Positions 1 through 9,502 are shown, counted from the stretch's first letter. The stretch: 64,000 nucleotides of DNA from an uncultured Bacteroidales bacterium (GCA_964619555.1 CAZUDV010000002.1:141659-205658), one strand, 5' to 3'. Notes: generated by a model not told the origin, from the sequence alone. Made by a program: numbers and translations.

Positions 1-63
1 ATCGGATTTGCTATTTATTTCACATATGGAGTAAAGCACAGCAAATTCAGAAATCCCCGGTAA
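1..63 (+). CDS. 3' end of a membrane transporter gene, possibly an APC-family amino-acid permease (5' part lies outside the window)
   Basis: Frame 1 reads IGFAIYFTYGVKHSKFRNPR, then TAA at 61-63. A hydrophobic helix end plus a basic tail resembles permease C-termini. Only 20 codons are visible. Confidence 0.3.
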   Translation: MGFAIYFTYGVKHSKFRNPR

Positions 64-127
64 TATCAAAGGTTTCATCAGGTTAGCCGATTGGCTTTAA
101 CTAATTTGAAAAAATTTGGCCGAAGTC

Positions 128-158
128 CCGGGTATATTTCCTGTTTTTCCCGATTAAG
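128..158 (+). promoter_or_regulatory. Copy A of a recurrent two-box upstream motif
   Basis: CCGGGTATATTTCCTGTTTTTCCCGATTAAG, ending 6 nt before ATG 164. Close copies occur at 9521-9551, 50477-50507 and (minus strand) 6180-6210. Confidence 0.4.
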
Positions 159-163
159 TGGAA

Positions 164-1144
164 ATGAAGGAATGGTTTAAGGAATTCTTTACGTTCAACC
201 GGAATGAACAGCGGGGTATGGTTATCCTGCTGGCGCTGATGCTATTGTCGGTTGGTTTCAGGTTCGTACTTCCATTTTTAATTATTGAGGACCTGTATGA
301 TGATGAAAGCTTCAGGCTGCAGGTGGAACAATTCCTTAAAGATACCCTCACTTCCGAGGAAAAATACAATAAAAGCGGTACTGGAAATATCCCCGTTTCT
401 CCGAACGGTCCAGGAACTATTTTCATCCCGGATCCCTTCTTCTTCGATCCGAACGAGATGGATGAAACTCGCTGGCGAAAAACCGGATTGGATGAAAGGG
501 TGATCCGGAACATTTTGCGTTACAGGGCAAAAGGCGGTGTTTTCAGGTCAAAAGATGACCTGAGAAAGATTTATGGAATGGCTGATTCCTGCTTTGAGAT
601 CCTCGAACCCTATATTCAGATCAAACCGGTCGAATCATTAAAAGACACAAATGTTAACAGGGCCAAAAAATATCCTGATTATAAACCCCCGGCTTATCAA
701 CCTTCGGAAGTAAAATTTACCGGGACCCTGGATCTGAACTCGGCAGATTCGGCACAACTTGAATCCCTTCCCGGCATTGGTCCCGGATTTGCCTCCAGGA
801 TCATCCGGTACCGAGAAAAACTGGGTGGATACGTCGCAGTTGACCAGCTTTTGGAAATCAAAGGCATGGACAGCGCCCGGGTTTCCGGTTTAAAAGAAAG
901 GATGGAGGTCGATCGATCGAAGGTTCAACAAATGGATCTCAATCATGTGGCTTTCAAGGAAATGTTAAAGCACCCATACTTTGAGTACTACCTGGTTAAA
1001 GCCATTTTCAACCGGAAAGACAGGATCCGGTCTTATGACTCTGTAGCTCAGATCAGTGATCTCGAAAATATGTATCCGGAACTTTATGATAAAATTTCAC
1101 CCTATCTGAAAGTGACGAAACCGGAAAAAAAAGATCAGGAATGA
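164..1144 (+). CDS. ComEA-like helix-hairpin-helix DNA-binding protein, membrane anchored
   Basis: ORF 158-1144 (GTG at 158, first ATG at 164). N-terminal TM helix GMVILLALMLLSVGFRFVL. HhH signature LDLNSADSAQLESLPGIGPGFASRIIRYREKLGGY, plus a second HhH-like module. Confidence 0.7.
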   Translation: MKEWFKEFFTFNRNEQRGMVILLALMLLSVGFRFVLPFLIIEDLYDDESFRLQVEQFLKDTLTSEEKYNKSGTGNIPVSPNGPGTIFIPDPFFFDPNEMDETRWRKTGLDERVIRNILRYRAKGGVFRSKDDLRKIYGMADSCFEILEPYIQIKPVESLKDTNVNRAKKYPDYKPPAYQPSEVKFTGTLDLNSADSAQLESLPGIGPGFASRIIRYREKLGGYVAVDQLLEIKGMDSARVSGLKERMEVDRSKVQQMDLNHVAFKEMLKHPYFEYYLVKAIFNRKDRIRSYDSVAQISDLENMYPELYDKISPYLKVTKPEKKDQE

Positions 1145-1852
1145 TCAGGAAATATTCGTTTTCCATGGTTGCTCCCGTTCCAACGGATCATCGTAACTCT
1201 CGTTATCATGGTTAAGGCTTTCATCATCGCCTGCCTCTTCTTCCAGCTCCCAGGAATATTTGCGACGCTGAGGGCCTTCATGGCGGTAATAGACCGCCAG
1301 GGCCACCCCGGCAACCAGGCCAAACAGGTGGGATTCCCATGAGATCGGTTCCTTTGGGAAGAATTCCGGAAATATACCCCAGATCAGGCTGCCGTATAAA
1401 AAAACGACAATCAGGGCAACGGACATGAGTCCCGTATGTCGCCTGATGATGCCACTGGTGAAAATAAAGGCGGATAATGCATAAACGATTCCACTGGCAC
1501 CGATATGATAGGAGGGCCTGGCTCCTATCCAAACCCAGATACCGGTAAACAACCAGGCAAAAGCAACGATCTTCCAGGCAATGTCCCTGTAAAAGTAAAA
1601 CAATGCGGATCCCAGCACCAGTATTGGGACAGAATTAGCCATAAGGTGCGAAAGATCCCCATGAAGAAACGGGGTTAGAATGATTCCAGGCAAACCGGAC
1701 CAATTTCTTGGTAGGATACCCAAAATGGAAAAGTCATACTCACCAACTATCTCGATGACTTTGACAGCCCACATCAGTACCACCAACAATAATGGTATCA
1801 GCAGGCTTCTGAGCATCCGCTGCTCTTCTTCCCTTATGGCTTTGGATAACAT
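1145..1852 (-). CDS. Rhomboid family intramembrane serine protease
   Basis: Polytopic membrane protein with HLMANSVPILVLG (HxxxN), GASGIVYAL (GxSG serine) and a downstream HLFGLVAGV histidine helix. Confidence 0.8.
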   Translation of the reverse strand: MLSKAIREEEQRMLRSLLIPLLLVVLMWAVKVIEIVGEYDFSILGILPRNWSGLPGIILTPFLHGDLSHLMANSVPILVLGSALFYFYRDIAWKIVAFAWLFTGIWVWIGARPSYHIGASGIVYALSAFIFTSGIIRRHTGLMSVALIVVFLYGSLIWGIFPEFFPKEPISWESHLFGLVAGVALAVYYRHEGPQRRKYSWELEEEAGDDESLNHDNESYDDPLEREQPWKTNIS

Positions 1853-1976
1853 CGGATCGGTTTAGAAAATGTAAAAATACAATTTATCAAACGAACTAAT
1901 TATACTAATTCTAAATTATTAAGACACATGTTACTTCCGGCATTTAAGGCGATAAATCCCTGCTACCACTATACTC

Positions 1977-4304
1977 ATGAAACTAACGGTAAGACTGATG
2001 TTGATGCTTACCACCATCCTGAAATTGAATATATTTTATGCAGAAAATGATCCATCCGGCTCTAGGGTACTTATAAGGGGGACAGTCACCGGCCAAAGCC
2101 AGACACCACTTTTTGGTGCGCATGTATTTATCCCGGCTACCAGCCTGGGATGCATCACTGATTCGGCAGGTTTTTTCCATTTAACCTTGACTCCAGGTGA
2201 CTACCGGATACGGATCAGTCATATCGGATACAGCGAATTTGACACTAATGTCACTATTACGCAGCCGGGGAACTTCAGTTTTCAGCTTCATCTTTCAGAA
2301 AATGCTCTGCATGAAGTGATCATAACTGCCCCGGGTGTGCCTGATTTTCCGGAAGAATCTGTCCTGTTCAGGCAGAAGGATCTCTCAAAATTACCAGCTC
2401 TTTTAGGAGAAAATGATCCCCTGAAGGTTATTCAACTTCTCCCCGGTATCCATTCCGTAATTGACGGTGGGACCGGCATGTCGGTCAGGGGCGGGGATAT
2501 AGATGAGAACCTGGTGCTCCTTGACCAGGCGACTCTTTATAATCCATCCCACATGCTGGGATTTTTTTCCGTTTTCAATGATGACATGGTCAAAGAGATC
2601 AGGGTATTCAAAGGTAACCAGCCCATCAGATATGGCGGCAGGCTGTCGTCGGTTACGGAAGTGACCCTTTCAGACGGCAGCGGGAAAGGCTGGCATGGAT
2701 CTGGTGAAACCGGGCTGCTGGCCAGTAACCTGATGCTTGCGTGCCGGACCGGATCGGATAAATTCTCCGGTGCTGTATCAGCCCGCCGGTCTTACGCAGA
2801 CCTGTTCATGCCGTTGCTGAATAATCCCGACTTCAGCCAGAACCGGATTTATTTCTACGATCTATATGGCAAAGCCCGGTACAACTTCAATGGCTTTACG
2901 AGCCTGAGCATTTCTGCCTACAAAGGAAATGATGCATTTAAAAATCCTCATGGTTACAGCCAATACGGAAACCAGATGGCATCGGCTCAGTTGCTGACAG
3001 ACAAGGGCCGGTTTCACCATTCCACGGCAATCGTCTACAGCGATTACCGGTATGGAATGGGCACAACAGTCCCGGGAAAACCCGGAGCATTCAGCTGGAG
3101 TTCTATCATCCGGGAATTCGGCATCAAGGAAAAACTGAACGTTGCAATAAACCAGGAAAATTCGATATCAGCCGGATTTCAATTGCTGAATCACTATTTT
3201 GATCCGTGTTATTTTACCGGAACGGGTGGCAACAGTTTCTTCGGGGAATATAAGTATTCCGGTGGCAAAGCTCTGGAGGGGGCAATATTCGCTGAACACA
3301 CCTATTTCCCCTACTCCACATTAAAAATAGTCTATGGTTTTAGGTTCAGCGGGCTAATAAACCTTGAGAAATCCGGAACGAAAAGCGGCATTAACCATTC
3401 CTCTGAAAACCTCCCGGAGGAAGTGCAGGATTCCGGTCAAAAACCGCTATTGGGCCTGGAGCCCCGGATCAGGATCAGTAAAAGACTGGGCCGGCATTGG
3501 TGGCTTATGACTTCATATTCCCGAAACCAGCAATACATTCACTTGGCTCATACTGCAATTGCCAGCAATCCGGTAGATGTTTGGTTTCCTTCCGATGATG
3601 AGATTCCTTCGGAGCGAGCAGACCTTTTTATGCTTGGTCTTCAGGGAAACTTATTTAAAAAAGAACTATCCGTCGATTTCGATCTGTATTTCAAATCGAC
3701 CGGCAGGGCCCTGGAGTTTCAGGACCACACGACATTATACCCGGCAGGAGATTTATCGGAGAACATCATCACCGGTACCGGAAAATCTGCCGGCCTGGAA
3801 TGCAGAATAACGAAGTCATCGGGCTGGATCTACGGATGGATCAGTTATACCTATTCCCGGACCTGGCGCCAGTTCTATGCGATCAACCTGGGTCAGTCTT
3901 TCCCGTCATCTTATGATATCCCGCATGATCTCTCGGTCGTATTGAACCTGGAGCCTGGCAAAAGACTGGTGATAAGTGCTGTATGGGTATATGCAACAGG
4001 CAAACCGTACACTTCCCCGGCCGGGGTAGCCTATCTGAGTGAAACGATCGTACCTCTGTATAATTCGAGAAACAATGCCCGGCTGGCAGATTATCACCGG
4101 CTGGACCTTTCACTGAAGATCCTGGGCAAACCGGGGAAAAAATTTCAAAGCGACTGGACATTTTCCGTCTATAACGCTTATAACCGGAAAAATGTCATGA
4201 ATCTTCAGTTCCTGCCTTCCGGTCAAAGCATCCTGGGTATGGAAATTAACCGTAACTACCTGTTTCCGATAATGCCATCTGTCTCATACCACTTCAAATT
4301 CTGA
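1977..4304 (+). CDS. TonB-dependent receptor with N-terminal carboxypeptidase-regulatory-like domain
   Basis: IRGTVTG...GDYRIRISHIGYSEF (CarboxypepD_reg-like). Plug region LPGIHSV..GMSVRGGDIDENLVLLDQATLYNPSH. Long beta-rich C-terminus ending HFKF. Confidence 0.85.
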   Translation: MKLTVRLMLMLTTILKLNIFYAENDPSGSRVLIRGTVTGQSQTPLFGAHVFIPATSLGCITDSAGFFHLTLTPGDYRIRISHIGYSEFDTNVTITQPGNFSFQLHLSENALHEVIITAPGVPDFPEESVLFRQKDLSKLPALLGENDPLKVIQLLPGIHSVIDGGTGMSVRGGDIDENLVLLDQATLYNPSHMLGFFSVFNDDMVKEIRVFKGNQPIRYGGRLSSVTEVTLSDGSGKGWHGSGETGLLASNLMLACRTGSDKFSGAVSARRSYADLFMPLLNNPDFSQNRIYFYDLYGKARYNFNGFTSLSISAYKGNDAFKNPHGYSQYGNQMASAQLLTDKGRFHHSTAIVYSDYRYGMGTTVPGKPGAFSWSSIIREFGIKEKLNVAINQENSISAGFQLLNHYFDPCYFTGTGGNSFFGEYKYSGGKALEGAIFAEHTYFPYSTLKIVYGFRFSGLINLEKSGTKSGINHSSENLPEEVQDSGQKPLLGLEPRIRISKRLGRHWWLMTSYSRNQQYIHLAHTAIASNPVDVWFPSDDEIPSERADLFMLGLQGNLFKKELSVDFDLYFKSTGRALEFQDHTTLYPAGDLSENIITGTGKSAGLECRITKSSGWIYGWISYTYSRTWRQFYAINLGQSFPSSYDIPHDLSVVLNLEPGKRLVISAVWVYATGKPYTSPAGVAYLSETIVPLYNSRNNARLADYHRLDLSLKILGKPGKKFQSDWTFSVYNAYNRKNVMNLQFLPSGQSILGMEINRNYLFPIMPSVSYHFKF

Positions 4305-4308
4305 AACG

Positions 4309-5145
4309 ATGATCAAGCTATTGCTCTCAATTACTGTCGTACTTATGATCCTGACCGGGTGCCAGGATGAATCGGAGGTCCTTCCCTCCCCCACTTTACT
4401 GGTGGTGGAGGCCATGATAACTTCCGATCCTGTTCCTCAGACCATTTTAATCACTCATTCTGCCGGTATAAATACGGATTCCATCACTTGTGTCAGGAAT
4501 GCACTGGTTATTATCACTGAAAGTAATGGAACTGAACATGTGTTCAGGGAGGTTGAAACAACCTACGGAACCATTTATCAATGCTCCGAATGGCCAGGCC
4601 TTAGGGAAGAAGAAGAATACAGGCTCAGTATCAAATTATCCGAATCGCTTGGGGGGCATGATTTTTTTGAAGCCACTTCCAGGGTATGTCCTTTAGAGCC
4701 TGTCGATTCGATCAAATTGAAGTATCATGGAAACTGGGGCATTGCCGGGGCATATGAAGTTCAATGTTATTACCGGGATCCCCCTACCCGGGAATATTAT
4801 ATGTGCAATCTGCTGGTCAATAACAACCTGGTGACCAACACCCTGTCGGAAAAATTTGTCGTTGATGACCTGTTATTTAATGGAAATTATGCCGATGGTA
4901 TTATTTGCGGCATACTGGACCAGTCGGAATGCGGGGAAAAGCTTCATCAAGGGGATTATGTTTATCTTCAACTGGCAAGTGTCGACGAAAGTTTTGCCCG
5001 TTTCATGAGAGGAGTGCAATCGGAAACCGGTTTGGAAAACCCCTTTTACGGCAGCCCGGCTGCTAATGTTTACAGCAATATCAGCAATGGGGCTGTGGGT
5101 TACTTCACCTGTTGCAAGGTAACGTATTCCGGTATCAGATTTTAA
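4309..5145 (+). CDS. DUF4249-like lipoprotein, partner of the upstream TonB-dependent receptor
   Basis: Lipobox LTGC. Starts 4 nt after the receptor stop. Paralogous to ORF 8666-9502 (YEVQCYYRDPPTREYY versus YEVTCFYQDPPTRDYY). This pairing is typical of DUF4249 in Bacteroidota. Confidence 0.65.
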   Translation: MIKLLLSITVVLMILTGCQDESEVLPSPTLLVVEAMITSDPVPQTILITHSAGINTDSITCVRNALVIITESNGTEHVFREVETTYGTIYQCSEWPGLREEEEYRLSIKLSESLGGHDFFEATSRVCPLEPVDSIKLKYHGNWGIAGAYEVQCYYRDPPTREYYMCNLLVNNNLVTNTLSEKFVVDDLLFNGNYADGIICGILDQSECGEKLHQGDYVYLQLASVDESFARFMRGVQSETGLENPFYGSPAANVYSNISNGAVGYFTCCKVTYSGIRF

Positions 5146-6151
5146 CCACACTGATGCAAACCGGCAGGTGATCACTGTAACCATCGTGGTAATTCGGACC
5201 GAGGTAAGTCCGGAATGGCCTGCTGCCATAATAACCGGGATCAGTTTCCAGCAGGAATGAAGGGGCAAAGATCCTGCATTCCCGATCTGACAGGCTTAAT
5301 CCATTCATCCCGTAATAAATACTCCCCGACACCAGGAACTGGTCGAATTCGCTCCACACTCCCTGATATTTTATAGTCCCGATGCCATTGCCTCTGCCGA
5401 TATTTCCTGACAGGTTCAGAATACGGTCAGAATACGGTATGGAAAGTTCAGTACCGTAACTGCCGCCCGTCAACATCTGAATGCTTTCATTCCCGGGTTC
5501 ATCATTGAAATCGCCCATAATGATGATATTTACCACCGGATCCGCCTGCCTTAAACTGTCGATGGAATGCATCAGAGACGAGGCTGCCCTGAGTCGGCGC
5601 GGGTTGGAGTGCATCGTGCCTCCAGAGCGGGAAGGCCAGTGATTGACATAAATACTCAATGGCACATCCCAAAGCCTGCCTGACACCAGTAATATGTCTC
5701 TTGTGGTACTTTTCCCATCCAGCTCAACTTTCAGCCAGACTGAGGTGTCAGGGGTAAATAATTCCGGCCGGTATATCAACCCGACATCAATGCCCCTCGG
5801 ATCGCGGGAATCCTGGTGAATGATCCGGTACCCGTACTTCTCCAGAGGCGTATCATAGATCAGCTTTTCCAGCACGTCCCTGTTCTCTATTTCGCACAGT
5901 CCGACCACGGCCGGCATATCCCACGCCTCTGCTGCGCTGATAACTTTGTAGATCCTGACAATCTTTTTCCAGAACCTTTCATAAGTCCAATACCGGGCAC
6001 TGTCAGGCAGGAATTCATCGTCGTTTGTCATAATGTCATCCCTGGTGTCGAACAGATTTTCAACATTATAAAACATGATCCCGGCCTGTTGACACTGGAG
6101 GATGCTTGTCAACAATACAAAGAGAATCAAAGGAATAAGTGTTTTTTTCAT
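5135..6151 (-). CDS. Endonuclease/exonuclease/phosphatase (EEP) family protein, secreted
   Basis: Signal peptide, then the EEP hallmarks MFYNVENLFD, IIMGDFNDEP and SDHLPV near the C-terminus. Confidence 0.85.
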   Translation of the reverse strand: MKKTLIPLILFVLLTSILQCQQAGIMFYNVENLFDTRDDIMTNDDEFLPDSARYWTYERFWKKIVRIYKVISAAEAWDMPAVVGLCEIENRDVLEKLIYDTPLEKYGYRIIHQDSRDPRGIDVGLIYRPELFTPDTSVWLKVELDGKSTTRDILLVSGRLWDVPLSIYVNHWPSRSGGTMHSNPRRLRAASSLMHSIDSLRQADPVVNIIIMGDFNDEPGNESIQMLTGGSYGTELSIPYSDRILNLSGNIGRGNGIGTIKYQGVWSEFDQFLVSGSIYYGMNGLSLSDRECRIFAPSFLLETDPGYYGSRPFRTYLGPNYHDGYSDHLPVCISVVKI

Positions 6152-6197
6152 AATCAGGATTTTTTAATGCTTTCATAGGTTAATCCGGATTTTTTAA
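6151..6197 (-). repeat. Two direct 17-nt repeats (16/17 identical), one touching the EEP start codon
   Basis: Plus strand: TAATCAGGATTTTTTAA at 6151-6167 and TAATCCGGATTTTTTAA at 6181-6197. On the gene strand this reads TTAAAAAATCCKGATTA, with the proximal copy running into the ATG. Confidence 0.8.
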
Positions 6198-6210
6198 AAA
6201 AATACCCGCC
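6180..6210 (-). promoter_or_regulatory. Copy D of the recurrent two-box upstream motif
   Basis: The minus strand reads GGCGGGTATTTTTTTAAAAAATCCGGATTAA, upstream of the EEP start at 6151. Compare CCGGGTATATTTTCAGAAAATGCGGATTAAG at 50477-50507. Confidence 0.35.
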
Positions 6211-6310
6211 CGATATCAATTTCCTGCAACACTTTTACCCTTTATTTGTCTCTTTGTTTGTTCGGCTTAGTTTTTGATGAATCTCGATACACTTAATCTC
6301 AAAAACGATT

Positions 6311-8665
6311 ATGAGATTACTGACCATTTCCCTTTTTATTTTGTTATTTGGAATTGACCTCATAGCGGGACCGGAGACGGATCCAAACGTTAAAAGGTAT
6401 ACAGTAAGCGGCCATATTAAGGATTCCCAGACGGGCGAGGACCTTTTCGGGGCATCTGTCCTGGTGGTGGAACTGAGTACCGGTACCGTTTCCAATGAAT
6501 ATGGGTTTTACTCCATCAGCCTGCCAAAAGGAACCTATACTTTTAAATTCACTTATCTTGGGTACAATCCTCAAACCATCAAACTGGAATTGGAAAAGGA
6601 CCAGGTGCTGGATATCAGCATGGCACCTGTCCTGGAGGATCTGAAGGAAGTTGAGATCCGCGCGGAACGGGCCGATGCCAATATCCGGGCCCCTGAAATG
6701 AGTGTGGTGAAGATGGATGTCAAAGCCATCAATAAGATCCCCGCCCTCATGGGAGAGGTTGATATCATTAAAGCCATCCAACTTTTGCCAGGCGTCCAGT
6801 CAGTCAGCGAAGGGGCTTCCGGGTTCAGTGTGCGGGGGGGCAGTCCCGACCAGAATCTCATCCTTCTGGATGAGGCTACCGTCTATAATCCCTCACATTT
6901 TCTCGGATTCTTCTCCGTTTTTAATAATGACGCCATTAAGGATGTCAAATTATATAAGGGTGATTTGCCAGCGCAATATGGCGGCCGTCTGGCTTCTGTG
7001 CTGGATGTCAGGATGAAGGACGGCAACACCAAAAAATTTGGTGGAACCGGCGGGATTGGGCTGATCAGCAGCAGGCTTACCCTTGAAGGTCCAATCGTCA
7101 GGGATAAGACTTCCTTTATCATTTCAGGAAGACGGACCTATGCCGACCTTTTCCTCTTCCTGGCAAAAGATGAAAATGTCCAGGACAGCCGGATGTATTT
7201 CTACGATTTCAATGCTAAAGTCAATCACACCTTTAACGAAAAAAACAGGATATACCTGTCAGGCTATTTCGGGAGAGATGTTTTTAAAAATCCATTTGCC
7301 TACATCAAGCTTGGCAATGCAACTGCCACAGCCCGCTGGAACCATCTTTTTTCACAGAAACTGTTCAGCAATTTTGCCTTTATATACACTCATTACAATT
7401 ATAACCTGGGAACTGCCAATGAGGATGATCCGAGTTCTTTTCTTTGGACTTCCACCCTCCAGGATTACCAGGCCAAGGGGGATTTCACATGGTACCTCAA
7501 CAGCAACCATACCCTGAAGTTCGGGTTCAACAGCACTCTGCACTGGTTTGATCCCGGAGAAGCCCGGGGAACAGGCTCTGAGAGTCTTTTCACGGAATAT
7601 GCGCTGGAACATTCCAGGGCACTGGAAAGCGGCATTTATCTCAGCAACGATCAAAATGTCGGCAGTCGCCTGATACTCAAATATGGCCTCCGGTTTTCGA
7701 TATTCCAGAATATCGGGCCCCAAACTGTTTACCGGTACAATGATGACTTTATTATGGCAGATTCAGCCGTGTACAAGGCAGGGGATTTTTACAACACTTA
7801 CGTCGGTGTTGAGCCCAGGCTTGGCCTGACCTATATACTCAATGAGAAATCTTCACTGAAAGCCAGTTATTCCCATACATATCAATACCTGCAGCTTGCG
7901 CAAAATTCCACTGCCGGGACCCCGCTCGACATCTGGTTTTCAGCCAGCCCAAACGTAAAACCACAGGTTTCCGATCAGGTGGCAGCAGGTTATTTCCGGA
8001 ATTTCAGGAAAAACACCATCGAAACCTCTCTTGAGGTTTATTATAAAAGCATGCGAAATTCAATCGATTTCAAGGATCATGCTGAATTATTACTGAACAA
8101 GCAGCTCGAAGGCGAACTCAGGTTCGGAAAAGGGTGGTCATATGGTGCTGAAGTAATGGTGAGCAAGCCGCAGGGCAGGATCAATGGATGGGTCAGTTAC
8201 ACCTACTCCAGGACTTACCGGAAATTCAAAGATATCAATAATGGAAAGGTTTACCCGGCTCCATATGATTCTCCTCACGATGTTTCGATCGTAATGAATT
8301 TTGAGGCCAATAAAAGGATCAGCCTGTCGGCCAATTGGATCTACTCGACCGGAAAACCGGTCACCTTCCCTACCGGAAGGGCCGTGATCGGGGGAGCTGT
8401 CGTGCCCATTTACTCCGACCGGAATGCCTACCGGATGCTCGATTATCACCGCCTGGACCTGTCGGTAACGCTGCATCAGAAACCCGGCGAAATTCCTTCC
8501 AGGTTTAGCTGGGACCTGGTGTTTTCGGTATACAACGCTTATAATCGTCACAATACCTGGTCTATAAACTTTATGCAGGATTCGCAGGACCCTTATGTGA
8601 CTTATGCGGAGCAAACCTATCTTTTCGGGATCATTCCCGCCATAACCTTTAATTTCAAATTCTAA
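6311..8665 (+). CDS. TonB-dependent receptor with carboxypeptidase-regulatory-like domain (paralog of 1977-4304)
   Basis: VSGHIKDSQTGEDLFGASV...GTYTFKFTYLGYNP. Plug LPGVQSVSEGASGFSVRGGSPDQNLILLDEATVYNPSH. Ends FNFKF. Collinear similarity to the first receptor. Confidence 0.85.
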   Translation: MRLLTISLFILLFGIDLIAGPETDPNVKRYTVSGHIKDSQTGEDLFGASVLVVELSTGTVSNEYGFYSISLPKGTYTFKFTYLGYNPQTIKLELEKDQVLDISMAPVLEDLKEVEIRAERADANIRAPEMSVVKMDVKAINKIPALMGEVDIIKAIQLLPGVQSVSEGASGFSVRGGSPDQNLILLDEATVYNPSHFLGFFSVFNNDAIKDVKLYKGDLPAQYGGRLASVLDVRMKDGNTKKFGGTGGIGLISSRLTLEGPIVRDKTSFIISGRRTYADLFLFLAKDENVQDSRMYFYDFNAKVNHTFNEKNRIYLSGYFGRDVFKNPFAYIKLGNATATARWNHLFSQKLFSNFAFIYTHYNYNLGTANEDDPSSFLWTSTLQDYQAKGDFTWYLNSNHTLKFGFNSTLHWFDPGEARGTGSESLFTEYALEHSRALESGIYLSNDQNVGSRLILKYGLRFSIFQNIGPQTVYRYNDDFIMADSAVYKAGDFYNTYVGVEPRLGLTYILNEKSSLKASYSHTYQYLQLAQNSTAGTPLDIWFSASPNVKPQVSDQVAAGYFRNFRKNTIETSLEVYYKSMRNSIDFKDHAELLLNKQLEGELRFGKGWSYGAEVMVSKPQGRINGWVSYTYSRTYRKFKDINNGKVYPAPYDSPHDVSIVMNFEANKRISLSANWIYSTGKPVTFPTGRAVIGGAVVPIYSDRNAYRMLDYHRLDLSVTLHQKPGEIPSRFSWDLVFSVYNAYNRHNTWSINFMQDSQDPYVTYAEQTYLFGIIPAITFNFKF

Positions 8666-9502
8666 ATGAAAAAATTGATAATCGGCTTATGGGTACTAAT
8701 CGCCGGGGCAGTGGGATGCACGGAAATAATCGATATAGACCTGGATGATACATACACCAGGCTGGTCGTTTACGGATCTATAACCACCGATACAATGGCC
8801 CATATTATCGATCTTTCGATGACGACCAGTTATTATTACAACCAGGCCCCTCCTCCTGTGACAGGCGCTGAGCTTGTCATATCTGACGATTTGGGAAACC
8901 AGGTCACCTTGAATGAGACTTTGCCCGGAAGGTACTCGACACCTTCTTCTTTCTTTGCACTGCCGGGAAGAACCTACACGCTGGATATTGCCTTGCAGGA
9001 AGAGATCAATGGTCACCGGAATTACTTGGCCGTGTCATCGGTCAACCCGATCGATCCGATCGATTCCATAGGTCTTGTTTTCCAGGATTGGACCGAAGAG
9101 GGATTTTATGAAGTGACGTGTTTTTACCAGGATCCCCCGACCAGGGATTACTACCTTTTCAATATTTTAAAAAACGGTGTCCTGGTGACAGATACCATTA
9201 CAGATATGTTCGTATCCAGCGATGAATTTTACAATGGCAGTTACACCAACGGGATCGGGGTGGGATACCTGGATCAGTCGAAAGAGAGTGAAAAACTAGC
9301 CGCAGGGGATACGGTAACATTCCAGGGGGGGAAGATATCAGAAGAATACTACAATTTCATTGTCAGCCTTCAATCCGAGGTCGGTTTCTCCACTCCGCTG
9401 TTCAGCGGGCCACCGGCTAATGTCAAAGGCAACATCACCAACGGAGCGGTAGGATTTTTTGCCGCTTACAGTGTGGAATACTCCAGCACTGTTCTCCGGT
9501 AA
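8666..9502 (+). CDS. DUF4249-like lipoprotein (paralog of 4309-5145)
   Basis: ATG immediately follows the receptor TAA. Lipobox AVGC. Shared blocks with 4309-5145 (PPANV.GNI.NGAVGFF, DPPTRDYY). Confidence 0.65.
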   Translation: MKKLIIGLWVLIAGAVGCTEIIDIDLDDTYTRLVVYGSITTDTMAHIIDLSMTTSYYYNQAPPPVTGAELVISDDLGNQVTLNETLPGRYSTPSSFFALPGRTYTLDIALQEEINGHRNYLAVSSVNPIDPIDSIGLVFQDWTEEGFYEVTCFYQDPPTRDYYLFNILKNGVLVTDTITDMFVSSDEFYNGSYTNGIGVGYLDQSKESEKLAAGDTVTFQGGKISEEYYNFIVSLQSEVGFSTPLFSGPPANVKGNITNGAVGFFAAYSVEYSSTVLR

